From an uncultured Mycoplasmatota bacterium (lineage in GTDB: Bacteria > Bacillota_I > Bacilli_A > RF39 > UBA660), in NCBI GenBank assembly GCA_900545005.1, contig UQXO01000002.1, positions 65,901 through 129,900 on the forward strand: a DNA stretch of 64,000 bases, written 5' to 3'. Under the pieces are notes generated by a model. That model searched no databases, had not been told where the DNA came from, and saw nothing but the letters and a program-made list of their open reading frames with translations. This document shows, piece after piece, positions 52,800 to 61,793 of this stretch (positions are counted from its first letter, which is position 1; every line of letters starts with the position of its first letter). Position numbers and translations under genes: made by a program.

Positions 52800-54905
52800 C
52801 TACTTTATTTTAGTAATTATTTGTTCTAAGATTTTAGCTGTTTCTTCGACCCCAAACTTACTAGTATCAATAACAATATCATAGTTATTATAATCATCAA
52901 GATTAGTATTAGTATAATATTTATAATGTTTCTTACGTTCTTTATTAATCTTATTAATCGTACTTACAGCTTTATCTTTTTCTATATGATAATACTTAGT
53001 AACTCGGTTAATCTTATCTTCCATACTACTATATAGATAAACTCTTAAGACATCTTTCTTATCTTTTAAGATATAATTACCACAACGCCCTACAATAACA
53101 CAAGAACCTTGTTTATATAAATTTTTAATGACTTTAGTAGTAGCAATATAAAGTAAATCATCATTAGATTGAGGTCCCTCTAAAGTCTGTTCTTGTTCTT
53201 TAACATATTTTGGTGCTAAACCACTTTCTTTAGCACTTAAGGTAATTAAATTCTTATCATAGAAAGGAATTCCTAAGTTCCTAGCTAGTAACTCTCCTAC
53301 ATAACGACCACCAGACCCATACTCACGGGAAATCGTAATTACAACCTTTTGACCCATATAAGTCTTAGGAATTACTGTATCAGTTTCCTCATTTTCTTTA
53401 GCACTATAAGTACCTAGTTTTTTATATTCACTGGTAAAGATAAGCCCTGCTATTATAAAAGTTATACTATCAGCAAGACATCCTGCATATAAGATACCTT
53501 CTAGTCCTTTATTAAAGACTAGACTTAAAAGAAGAGCTAAGGGTATAAATAATATAATCTGTCTAATAAATGATACAGCAGTTGCTAATAAAACATTTCC
53601 TAAAGATTGAACAACAATCGAGGTAGTCATTTCCATCGCATTAAAAGCACATACTAAAAGAAAACTATGACACATAAGAGTTGCAAAGTCCATAAATAAA
53701 GTGTAACTAGCATCATCGGGACTTATAAATACACCGGCTATTTGGCTAGGAAAGAAAATAAATATTAAGTTAAAAATAATTCCCACAGCAAAGTTAATCA
53801 TTAAGACTTTTCGTAAGATTTCTTTAACTCTTAAAAGATTACCAGCTCCATAGTTAAACCCAATAATAGGTTGAGCCCCAATACTAACTCCTAAGACAAA
53901 AGAAATATAAAGACTATTAATCTTTGAAATAACGCCATAAACTGATAAAGGAATATCAGCTCCATAAATACTACTAGCTCCAAACTTGGTCATCATATTA
54001 TTCATGAAGACAAATAAGACTAAAATAGTAACTTGTGTAATAAAGGAAGAAAGTCCTAAAGATAAGGTTCTTTTAACACTCTTATTAATCTTATAATCTT
54101 CTTTAGTTAATTTAATACTCTTAAGTTTAGGAAGATAACAAATGGCAATTATAAAGGATATAACCTGACCAATCACAGTCGCAAGGCCACCTCCAAAAAC
54201 ACCCATCTTAAAGCCAAAGATAAAAATAGGATCTAAAACAATATTAATGATAGCGCCCACTACCAGCATAATCATTGAATACTTTGGATTACCATCTGCT
54301 CGGATAATGCTTGCTAAAACAGAATAAATAATCATAAAAGGAGCTCCAAGTAAAACGATTTGTCCGTAACTTAAAGCATAGCTATAAACATTTTCTGTAC
54401 AGCCAAACATATAAACTAATTTAGGCAAAAAAACATAAGCAACCCCAGAAAATAAAATGGCAATGATAAAGGTTAGAGTAATCGAAGAACCAACAGATTT
54501 TCGAGCTTCATTCTCTTTTTTCTCACCAAGTTTTAAGGATAGATTAGCAGCCGCCCCATTGCCAATAAGACCAGCAATGGCATTAGCTAATATAACTAAC
54601 GGGAAGATAACGTTAGTAGCAGCATTTCCTAAAGTTCCTACCCCTTTGCCAATAAATATTTGGTCAACGATATTATAAACCGAGTTAATAAGCATCGAAA
54701 TTACACAGGGAATAGCAAAACTTATTAAAAGTTTATTAATCTTATCATGACCCAAATCGAATTCTTTTTTCATATAAATAAACCCTTTCAAGCCAAGAAA
54801 AAAACGCCTAAGTAAGCGTAAATTTCTTTTGGCACTAACAAGTGTACCACAAATATTTTTTCTTTGTAAGTAAAACTTTTGGTTTTTTTTAATTTTTTTA
54901 AGCAA
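52800..54905 (-). CDS. MATE efflux transporter fused to a C-terminal cytidylate-kinase-like (P-loop) domain
   Basis: A 12-TM MATE body, then ITISREYGSGGRYVGELLARNLGIPFYDKNLI. The probable true start is MKKEFDLGHDKINK at 54773; the 44 codons upstream look non-coding. Confidence 0.75.
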   Translation of the reverse strand: MLKKIKKNQKFYLQRKNICGTLVSAKRNLRLLRRFFLGLKGFIYMKKEFDLGHDKINKLLISFAIPCVISMLINSVYNIVDQIFIGKGVGTLGNAATNVIFPLVILANAIAGLIGNGAAANLSLKLGEKKENEARKSVGSSITLTFIIAILFSGVAYVFLPKLVYMFGCTENVYSYALSYGQIVLLGAPFMIIYSVLASIIRADGNPKYSMIMLVVGAIINIVLDPIFIFGFKMGVFGGGLATVIGQVISFIIAICYLPKLKSIKLTKEDYKINKSVKRTLSLGLSSFITQVTILVLFVFMNNMMTKFGASSIYGADIPLSVYGVISKINSLYISFVLGVSIGAQPIIGFNYGAGNLLRVKEILRKVLMINFAVGIIFNLIFIFFPSQIAGVFISPDDASYTLFMDFATLMCHSFLLVCAFNAMEMTTSIVVQSLGNVLLATAVSFIRQIILFIPLALLLSLVFNKGLEGILYAGCLADSITFIIAGLIFTSEYKKLGTYSAKENEETDTVIPKTYMGQKVVITISREYGSGGRYVGELLARNLGIPFYDKNLITLSAKESGLAPKYVKEQEQTLEGPQSNDDLLYIATTKVIKNLYKQGSCVIVGRCGNYILKDKKDVLRVYLYSSMEDKINRVTKYYHIEKDKAVSTINKINKERKKHYKYYTNTNLDDYNNYDIVIDTSKFGVEETAKILEQIITKIK

Positions 54906-55467
54906 GATAATTCTTTAAGAATTCTTGTAAATTTTCTTTAGAGTAAGAGCCAACAATAGCATCTACGGCTTCTCCGTTTTTAATAACCACAATCATAGGA
55001 GTCAAACCATAAAATTCACTAATTTTACCTGTTTGGTTAGTCCCATTAACATTCTGCGTTATTTCTTTTGATAATAAACTACTAAATTTCTTAAAGTCAT
55101 CACTACTTGTATCAACTTTCGTAATATCCAAATAGTCGGTAGTAAAATTCATTTCTTTTTGAGTCTCTTGTAATCCTGGTAAGAAAGCTACACAAGCACT
55201 ACAAGTACTTCTTCCTAAATAAAGAATATGGGTCTCTTTATTACTAGTTCCTAAGAATTTTAAAATATCACTAACAGCCACTTCATTAAACATTGATACA
55301 TCATAACCCTCGAGTACTGAGCCACCATTACTGGTTGTACTACTGTTATTAGTAGTTCCTTTGGTATTACTATAATTTACTAAACCAATCATTAAACTCA
55401 TTACCGAAATTACTAATACGACGATTAACATAGTATATATCTTCTTTAAATATTCTTCTATTTTCAT
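54898..55467 (-). CDS. Membrane-anchored thioredoxin-fold protein (CxxC)
   Basis: N-terminal TM helix. LYLGRSTCSACVAFLP carries a CxxC motif. Confidence 0.6.
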   Translation of the reverse strand: MKIEEYLKKIYTMLIVVLVISVMSLMIGLVNYSNTKGTTNNSSTTSNGGSVLEGYDVSMFNEVAVSDILKFLGTSNKETHILYLGRSTCSACVAFLPGLQETQKEMNFTTDYLDITKVDTSSDDFKKFSSLLSKEITQNVNGTNQTGKISEFYGLTPMIVVIKNGEAVDAIVGSYSKENLQEFLKNYLA

Positions 55468-55541
55468 CTAAATATTTCCTCTCTTTCGGCACTATTATAC
55501 CTAAAAACACTAACAAAAGTAAATATTTTCTTAAAAAGTGC

Positions 55542-55570
55542 TTGTCAAAGTAGATTTTATGCGATATACT
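55542..55570 (+). promoter_or_regulatory. Sigma-A promoter TTGTCA-17-TATACT for tRNA-Leu
   Basis: Read directly, about 30 nt upstream of the tRNA 5' end. Confidence 0.65.
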
Positions 55571-55602
55571 TAAAAAGTCTTATGAAAAGACGTATGGTGC
55601 TT

Positions 55603-55691
55603 GCCCAAGTGGCGGAATAGGTAGACGCACAGGACTTAAAATCCTGCGAGATTTAACCCTCGTGCCGGTTCAAGTCCGGCCTTGGGCACCA
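55603..55691 (+). tRNA. tRNA-Leu (anticodon UAA), CCA encoded
   Basis: Manual cloverleaf: acceptor stem GCCCAAG/CTTGGGC, anticodon stem CAGGA/TCCTG with loop CTTAAAA, a long variable arm CGAG..CTCG, T arm GCCGG-TTCAAGT-CCGGC, and 3' ACCA. Confidence 0.95.
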
Positions 55692-55704
55692 TTTAATGAA
55701 TTAT

Positions 55705-55728
55705 CCCCCGTAATTACGGGGTTTTTTC
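55705..55728 (+). terminator. Rho-independent terminator CCCCGTAATTACGGGG plus T6
   Basis: A perfect palindrome followed by TTTTTT, directly after the tRNA. Confidence 0.85.
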
Positions 55729-55890
55729 ATACCTAAAAATAATAAATATCGCAGTAAATTACAGTATTTAGGAATAAATTTATAAGTTAAATATATACTA
55801 ATTGTATAAAAATTCGAATTTTTGCTGGGCGTACGTCCAAACGTACTAACATTAATACTAGATAGTTCATTCTGTTATCCACCAGCATAG

Positions 55891-56019
55891 GAAAAATTAA
55901 ATGGTGATTTAAACGGATTATACTTCAGAAGGATCAACAGACAACATAGAATTTTATATAGTGCCAACGAAAAAGATAAAGAAATTTATATTTTTAGAAT
56001 GGGAACATATTATGAATAG
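55891..56019 (+). pseudogene. YoeB/Txe-family toxin C-terminal remnant
   Basis: Own translation: EKLNGDLNGLYFRRINRQHRILYSANEKDKEIYIFRMGTYYE*, compared with YoeB ..LKHNLSGFWSRRITEEHRLVY... An in-frame TAG lies immediately upstream, and neither the N-terminal half nor an antitoxin gene is present. Confidence 0.6.
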
Positions 56020-56039
56020 ATAGATGATTAGTTTAAACT

Positions 56040-56492
56040 TTAGACTGATTTTTTTAAGACTAATTCTTTTCCTTTAACTCCTACTTCTTTAAAATTATGA
56101 TATTCTAAGAAGCTTATAAACTCTTGATACTTAGGATACACGGTAATATAAATAAAGTCCACCTTATTTAGGAGAGCTATATTCTTAGCTAACTTTAAAT
56201 ACCAAGAACCAATACCCTTCCCCGTACTTATAACTTTAAAGGAAGATATCTTTAAGATTTTATTAGTATGTGGATTATCTAGTCCTAAAGACAAATAATC
56301 ATCTTTAGTTTCTACCTTCCATAGAAAAAAAGAAGTCAAATGTTTATTATCATCATAAGAAACATAAGCATAGTCCCTATAAGATACTCTTCTTAAGAAC
56401 CAATTATTAAACCCAGGATAATCATTTCTTAAAGAATTAAAAAAAGAATCCTGAAGATTAATATCTTCTAAAAGAACTTTTACTATTTCCAT
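56040..56492 (-). CDS. GNAT-family N-acetyltransferase (putative)
   Basis: 150 aa. ..ISTGKGIGSWYLKLA.. resembles the acetyl-CoA binding loop. Confidence 0.5.
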   Translation of the reverse strand: MEIVKVLLEDINLQDSFFNSLRNDYPGFNNWFLRRVSYRDYAYVSYDDNKHLTSFFLWKVETKDDYLSLGLDNPHTNKILKISSFKVISTGKGIGSWYLKLAKNIALLNKVDFIYITVYPKYQEFISFLEYHNFKEVGVKGKELVLKKSV

Positions 56493-56814
56493 TATACTCT
56501 CTAATCCACTTAGGTAAAGCTTCTTTTAAAGGAACAAAACCTCTACCCTCTTCTAAATAATTACCAGCATAATTATCATCATTATCATACATTCTCTTTA
56601 AAGAACATTTGATTCTTTTTAACTTCTCATCAACCTCTAAAACTTTAACACAGATAATCTCATCAACGGAAGCATAACGCGATACATCGCGAACAAACTT
56701 TTTAGAGACCTCAGAAATATGAATTAAACCAACATAATCTTCATACTTAACAAATATTCCATAAGGAGCAAAACCGGTAACCGTAACATGAATAACATCA
56801 TTAGTCTTTAACAT
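56458..56814 (-). CDS. S1 RNA-binding domain protein (YugI/GSP13-like)
   Basis: VIHVTVTGFAPYGIFVKYEDYVGLIHISEVSKKFV..V..V.VKVLEVD. Confidence 0.8.
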   Translation of the reverse strand: MLKTNDVIHVTVTGFAPYGIFVKYEDYVGLIHISEVSKKFVRDVSRYASVDEIICVKVLEVDEKLKRIKCSLKRMYDNDDNYAGNYLEEGRGFVPLKEALPKWIREYNGNSKSSFRRY

Positions 56815-56905
56815 AAATATCCCATTCTTTCCAAACTAACTATTATTATAACAATTATCTTTACTAAACGCAAAAAATTTAGTTTAATAAGAGAGGTGAA
56901 GAAAT

Positions 56906-57154
56906 ATGAATAATGAAGAAAAAATAAGTAATGAAGAAAAAATCATCAATGTAATTAATATGTTAAGACCTTATATCAATGCCGATGGTGGTGACATTGA
57001 ATATCTTAAATATGAAGATAATATAGTCTATGTCAAATTTCATGGAGCTTGTGCTAGTTGTGGTTCTATTGACTATACTATTAAGGATGTCTTACTTAAT
57101 GCAATTCTAGATGAAGTAGCAGAAGTTAAGGATGTCATTAATGTTACTTTATAA
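56906..57154 (+). CDS. NifU-like (Nfu C-terminal domain) iron-sulfur scaffold protein
   Basis: LRPYINADGGDIEYL...V.FHGACASCGS (CxxC). Confidence 0.85.
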   Translation: MNNEEKISNEEKIINVINMLRPYINADGGDIEYLKYEDNIVYVKFHGACASCGSIDYTIKDVLLNAILDEVAEVKDVINVTL

Positions 57155-57171
57155 GAGGAGAATAATCTTGT

Positions 57172-58065
57172 TTAGGGATTATTCTTTTTTAGTAGCCACG
57201 TAATCTCAGGAATATCATAAGTCTTCTTAATCTCATAATATATATCTCTTAAGAAGTCTTCATACTCATCGACTCTTTCTAAAATATGCATTAATTCATC
57301 TTCGCATAACTTATCTTCTAAAATATACTTACTAAAGCAATCAAAAAAATAACTAGGATATAACATTCTGGCATAAAAAAGTCCTAAATCATCTTTAGTA
57401 TACTTCTTATCATTAATAATCATCTTTACAAGATTAAGTGCCTCAAAATTCTTATTTTTATAAAATACACTCTTAATATATTCCGCATAATCTCTAACAT
57501 CATAGTCTCCTAAAACATTAAGACTATTATAGTAATTAACTGGTTTATTAGGATAATACACCCGATAATGACATATAGATATATTATTACTCTTAAAATT
57601 ATTATAGTTAAGATAACTAATTGCATTCTCTCCTAACGAGGCAAAGTAAGAAAAACTTTTAATTAGGGAATTTTTTCCTACTCTAAAAGATGAGGCTTGT
57701 TCTTCTAGATAATCGATTTTTTCTTGCCAAATAAGACTCCAGTTAAGATGGGTACGATTAGTAAAAGGGATTCTTTTTGAAATTATTTCTTGGAAAGTTA
57801 TCATATCATTTAAAAGACAATTAATCTTTAAAAGACAATAAGATTCTTTATTATATTCGACAAGATAATGATTGTCTTTAGATTTAATAAGTATATGATA
57901 GTTAGTATTTACTAAAGTTTCGTAAATAGTAGTTAATTCTTCTTCGGATTTTCTAACTTTACAAAAGTAATAGATATCATCCTTAGTCTCAAGATAAAAA
58001 TAGGTATCTTGACTAAAAAAAGAAGTAACTTGAATATTATAATAATAAAGAATAAAATTTTTCAT
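57172..58065 (-). CDS. CotS/YutH-family spore coat protein (putative)
   Basis: Size and N-terminal pattern resemble YutH. It is adjacent to the NifU-like gene, as yutH is close to yutI in Bacillus subtilis. A weak call. Confidence 0.35.
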   Translation of the reverse strand: MKNFILYYYNIQVTSFFSQDTYFYLETKDDIYYFCKVRKSEEELTTIYETLVNTNYHILIKSKDNHYLVEYNKESYCLLKINCLLNDMITFQEIISKRIPFTNRTHLNWSLIWQEKIDYLEEQASSFRVGKNSLIKSFSYFASLGENAISYLNYNNFKSNNISICHYRVYYPNKPVNYYNSLNVLGDYDVRDYAEYIKSVFYKNKNFEALNLVKMIINDKKYTKDDLGLFYARMLYPSYFFDCFSKYILEDKLCEDELMHILERVDEYEDFLRDIYYEIKKTYDIPEITWLLKKNNP

Positions 58066-58556
58066 CTGATCACTACTAATATATATGTAATAGAATTTAA
58101 AAAAGAATAGATCTTATTAGATTTACTCTCTTCTTAGTATTATGATAGTTTCTTAGTGAATTCTAAAGATAAACCTGTTCTTGAGTTAACCCTATCTTTA
58201 AAAGATTTTTAGCTATCTTTTTAGCCTTTTTTCCCATAATATCCGTAGCATTTCTAAGGAAAGTTTCTTCATCATCGATGGTCATTAATAAACACAATCG
58301 GCAACTCATATTCTCTTTCATCACTTAGATGATAACATGCATTAAGTCCTAGATTAACAAAAATATTGAAAATTGTATCATCAAAGTCATAAGCTTTCTT
58401 GCCATGTACTGTTCGCATCTTCTTTATTTCCTCTTTTTAGGGTATTTGCTCCAATTAAATTGCTAAAAGCTTACCAAAAATGCTAAATTTCTTATATTTT
58501 TTTACTTTCTGATAACCAAGATTTACAAAAAAATGCGTATTTCTACACATTTACAA

Positions 58557-59807
58557 TTAATTAATTTGGTAAGGATCACTCATCGTACCATTTCCTAGTT
58601 TCAATGTTCCTGGCTTTAAATTTATAACCGGCTTCACTCCTAAAGAACAAGTTACAGTAGAGCACCCAGTACCGTAAGGAACACCATCACTAGTCAAATC
58701 GGAATTACGAGCTGTCTGAGCATCATTAAAAGCATCAACTGGAGTCAAAAGCCAAGTCCCGCTCCCATCATAAAGATAATAATTTTTATTCGAAGTCTGA
58801 TATCCTCCAGCCAGTAAAGCTTCTGTTCTAGTAAGTAAGCCTATTGGATAAGTCAAAGCTCCATTACCATTAATACCCTCAACTACAGTAAAGCTATCGT
58901 TTCGAGGACAAATTAGAACATTGTCTCCCCAATAACCGTAATACTGAGTCTTTTCCTTACTATAGCCTTTTCCACTCATCATTGTTTTATAATTACAAAA
59001 TAAAGTATCATTTAAATATTGTTCATTGCCTGTCCCTAAAATGTTACTTTTATACCAATTATCAACCATCTTTTTAATTTCCGAATCATTTATATTAGCA
59101 TGCGTTTTTTCATATGTCGTAGATCCTACCGTTCCATACATATAACCTATATAAGCATTATCATCATCCTTCGAATTAAAAGCACTTTTGCCTATGATTC
59201 TATCTGTACTACTCTCGCCATTTTGATGAGCAGTCTTACCATCATACACTAACCTTATCGAACCATCACCATTAATTCTAAGTATGCGCCAGTAATATCC
59301 TGCAAACTTCACGTAGTTATTAGTTACATTCCCACGATAATAGTAACTTGTTCCATAATTATCTGGTACCGAGCAAACTAAAGAATTTGTGTTCTCCATA
59401 GAACTTATAGTCACATAATTATTTTCTCTAACTACTGGGCACTTGCCAGTAGTATCTAAAGAAGTAATAATTTTCTTGACAATTTCATCAGTCTTAAAAT
59501 ATAAATTGCACTTAGTTCTTCGCTGAAGATTATAAATTTTAACCCCCCACTTTACATTATCCCATTCTAAACCAACTTCATTATCACAGACTGCCTTATC
59601 AAAATAATAACCAGTATTTTTAAGGGGAATTTTTTCTTGTCTAACATCATCAATATAAACCGCTAAAGTATACTTATGGTGATTATAAGCTTGAAAGCCT
59701 ACAAAAACTAGTATAAATATAAGTACTATTTGTAAGTTTCTCTTCATAATTTTACCATTTCTGACTTTTTTTAGTCTAATATGTTGTTCATTAATTATAT
59801 TAGTCAT
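58557..59807 (-). CDS. Secreted/membrane-anchored protein of unknown function (416 aa)
   Basis: TM segment LQIVLIFILVFVGF. Contains ..YYWRILRINGDGSIRLVYDG.. and ends ..GNGTMSDPYQIN. Strong RBS AAGGAGG. Confidence 0.7.
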   Translation of the reverse strand: MTNIINEQHIRLKKVRNGKIMKRNLQIVLIFILVFVGFQAYNHHKYTLAVYIDDVRQEKIPLKNTGYYFDKAVCDNEVGLEWDNVKWGVKIYNLQRRTKCNLYFKTDEIVKKIITSLDTTGKCPVVRENNYVTISSMENTNSLVCSVPDNYGTSYYYRGNVTNNYVKFAGYYWRILRINGDGSIRLVYDGKTAHQNGESSTDRIIGKSAFNSKDDDNAYIGYMYGTVGSTTYEKTHANINDSEIKKMVDNWYKSNILGTGNEQYLNDTLFCNYKTMMSGKGYSKEKTQYYGYWGDNVLICPRNDSFTVVEGINGNGALTYPIGLLTRTEALLAGGYQTSNKNYYLYDGSGTWLLTPVDAFNDAQTARNSDLTSDGVPYGTGCSTVTCSLGVKPVINLKPGTLKLGNGTMSDPYQIN

Positions 59808-59818
59808 TTTACTCCTCC

Positions 59819-59847
59819 TTTCATAGAGTATGCAACTCTATGAAAAA
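59819..59847. repeat. Palindromic element TTTCATAGAGT-atgca-ACTCTATGAAAAA, copy 1 (abuts the RBS of 58557-59807)
   Basis: Read directly. The 8-bp arms are exact reverse complements. Confidence 0.85.
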
Positions 59848-60074
59848 GCTAGGTGTATGCTGGGTTAAAAGAGCATTTGACCATAATTTTGACTAGAAAT
59901 TAATAAAATTTTTTAAGAATGTAATAAGGTGCAAAGCCCTATAAACAAAGAGAATAACCTATTTTATTTTGACTATAATTCTGACTAAGAAAATTATTAT
60001 ATTGTCTAAAATTAGTCCTTAAAATATGGTATTATCTAAGTATAATGAGAAAAAGTTAAATGAAAAATAAGCAT

Positions 60075-60100
60075 CATAGAGTTGCATACTCTATGAAAAA
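60075..60100. repeat. Palindromic element CATAGAGT-tgcat-ACTCTATGAAAAA, copy 2 (exact reverse complement of the copy 1 core)
   Basis: Read directly; 45 nt downstream of the sigE stop. Confidence 0.85.
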
Positions 60101-60144
60101 TTCTGTCAAATTAATGTCAAATAAGCCCTTATAACAAGGACTTT

Positions 60145-60831
60145 CTAAGTAAAACGTAAAAGTGTTTTTAATCTTTTGATGACTTTTTTTTCAATCCGGG
60201 AGATATAAGATTGACTAATAGATAGTTTATCTGCTACTTCTTTTTGAGTATATTCTTTTGAATTATTAAGACCATAACGCATAACCATAATCTCTTTATC
60301 TCTAGCTTCTAAATTTTTTAATTCTTTTTGGAGAAGAATTTTTTCTTCCTTACTTTCAAATTCATCAGCAACAGCATCGGTATCCGTACCCATAACATCT
60401 TCTAAGTGAAGTTCGTTACCTTCACTATCATAGTTTAGAGCATCCTCAAGACTAATTTCTGTTTTTCGACGTTTATTTTTCCGGATGAACATTAAAATTT
60501 CATTAGCAATACATCTCGAGGCATAAGTAGCAAGCTTAATGTTTTTATCAATTTTATAAGTATTAATACCTTTAATAAGACCAATGGATCCAATAGAAAC
60601 TAAATCTTCTAAATCGTATCCTGTTGATTCATATTTTTTAGCCAAAAAAACTACTAAACGAAGATTGTGTTCAATTAAGACATTACGAGCTTCTATATCA
60701 CCACTTTTAGCTTTTATTAGATAAGATAGTTCTTCTTCCCTACTTAATGGTGGCGGTAGTTTATCATCACTACCAATAAAAAAGACTTCTTGGTACTTAG
60801 CTTTTAATAAAGCAATTATTTTCTTAAACAT
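60145..60831 (-). CDS. sigE: Sporulation sigma factor SigE (pro-sigma-E)
   Basis: Pro-sequence followed by ..IGSDDKLPPPLSREEE... Region 2 IEHNLRLVVFLAKKY and region 4 ..QKEVADKLSISQSYISRIEKK... Downstream of spoIIGA. Confidence 0.9.
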   Translation of the reverse strand: MFKKIIALLKAKYQEVFFIGSDDKLPPPLSREEELSYLIKAKSGDIEARNVLIEHNLRLVVFLAKKYESTGYDLEDLVSIGSIGLIKGINTYKIDKNIKLATYASRCIANEILMFIRKNKRRKTEISLEDALNYDSEGNELHLEDVMGTDTDAVADEFESKEEKILLQKELKNLEARDKEIMVMRYGLNNSKEYTQKEVADKLSISQSYISRIEKKVIKRLKTLLRFT

Positions 60832-61573
60832 TTAATTCCTCCAATATTTCTAAATTTATAATACAATCAGTACTATTAATCATAATCTTAGAGTCCATTA
60901 AACCGACTAAAAAGTTAGTATATTCTTTATTTTCGATGACTAATTTTAAGGGTTTAATACACTCTACTAGACCTTTATTATTCAAAGAATGATATGGTAC
61001 ATAGATAGGAGTTCTAATCCTAATAACACCTTTTAGAAGTTTACGATTAACTAAAATAACCCATTTCTTAGTAACAGGGTCCCGTAATTTATTACCAGTA
61101 TCAATGAATCCTGTTAGTTTAAGACTTCTTTTATTAGGAAAATAAATAGTCAAAGGATAAGTTTTATTAATAGTAGTCTTAAGATAAATACTTTGTTTAT
61201 AATAAAGATAAAAAATAATGGGACTTATTAAGATAATAAGAAAATAAGGAAGATGATTTAATTTCAAAAAGTAAATAAATCCTCCTAGAATAATACTACT
61301 CATATAAAAATATAAAAGATTAGTAAATGTAAAAAAGATATCTTTATACTTAAAAGTAAAAATATTTAAAAGAAGACTTATTTCTAATTTTAAAAGCACT
61401 AATAACCAGGCTTTAGAAAGAAATAAGCCAAAAAGACTAATTTCTCCTAAGATAGAAACCAAAAGAATTCTTTTTAGAGTTACATTTCTTTTTAGAGTAA
61501 CATTAACTGTTAAAAGAATTAAAACATCAAAGAAGTAATTAAGTAAAATTACTAAATCGATATAAATAGTCAT
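60824..61573 (-). CDS. spoIIGA: Sigma-E processing peptidase SpoIIGA
   Basis: Five N-terminal TM helices. Aspartic protease motif GFIDTGNKLRDP. Confidence 0.85.
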   Translation of the reverse strand: MTIYIDLVILLNYFFDVLILLTVNVTLKRNVTLKRILLVSILGEISLFGLFLSKAWLLVLLKLEISLLLNIFTFKYKDIFFTFTNLLYFYMSSIILGGFIYFLKLNHLPYFLIILISPIIFYLYYKQSIYLKTTINKTYPLTIYFPNKRSLKLTGFIDTGNKLRDPVTKKWVILVNRKLLKGVIRIRTPIYVPYHSLNNKGLVECIKPLKLVIENKEYTNFLVGLMDSKIMINSTDCIINLEILEELNV

Positions 61574-61793
61574 AAAAAGTCACCTATAACTACTATATAT
61601 GGTGACTTCTAAATAATTTGTCATTTTGTGTTTTTCTTATCTTTGAACTATAATTTTTGCATTTAATGATGATTACACATTTTTCTTACTATTTTAAGCT
61701 ATATTTACACATTTTTCCTAAAAGTTTGCCTTGTGTTAATATCTTTGCACTAAAATGCTATTTCTAATCAGACTTAAAAAGCAAAAATCATAA

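Noticed and set aside
54774-54905. The first 44 codons of the MATE ORF as given in the track
   Set aside because: The translation (MLKKIKKNQKFYLQRKNICGTLVSAKRNLRLLRRFF..) is basic and non-membrane-like, and it overlaps the upstream gene's stop. The conserved MATE N-terminus starts at MKKEFDLGHDKINK (ATG at 54773).
58272-58418. 48-codon ORF (MRTVHGKKAYDFDDTIF...) followed in another frame by ..DDEETFLRNATDIMGKKAKKIAKNLLKIGLTQEQVYL*
   Set aside because: It looks like a frameshifted gene remnant. The tail is faintly reminiscent of Rpn/YhgA-type C-termini, and the head carries a DxDxT-like string. I cannot assign either with confidence, so it is not called as a feature.
59819-60100. The two CATAGAGT/ACTCTATG hairpins considered as rho-independent terminators of sigE and of the 416-aa gene region
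   Set aside because: On both strands each hairpin is followed by A-runs rather than the T-run a terminator needs, and the stems are AT-rich. Copy 1 lies between promoter-like sequence and the RBS, not after a gene.
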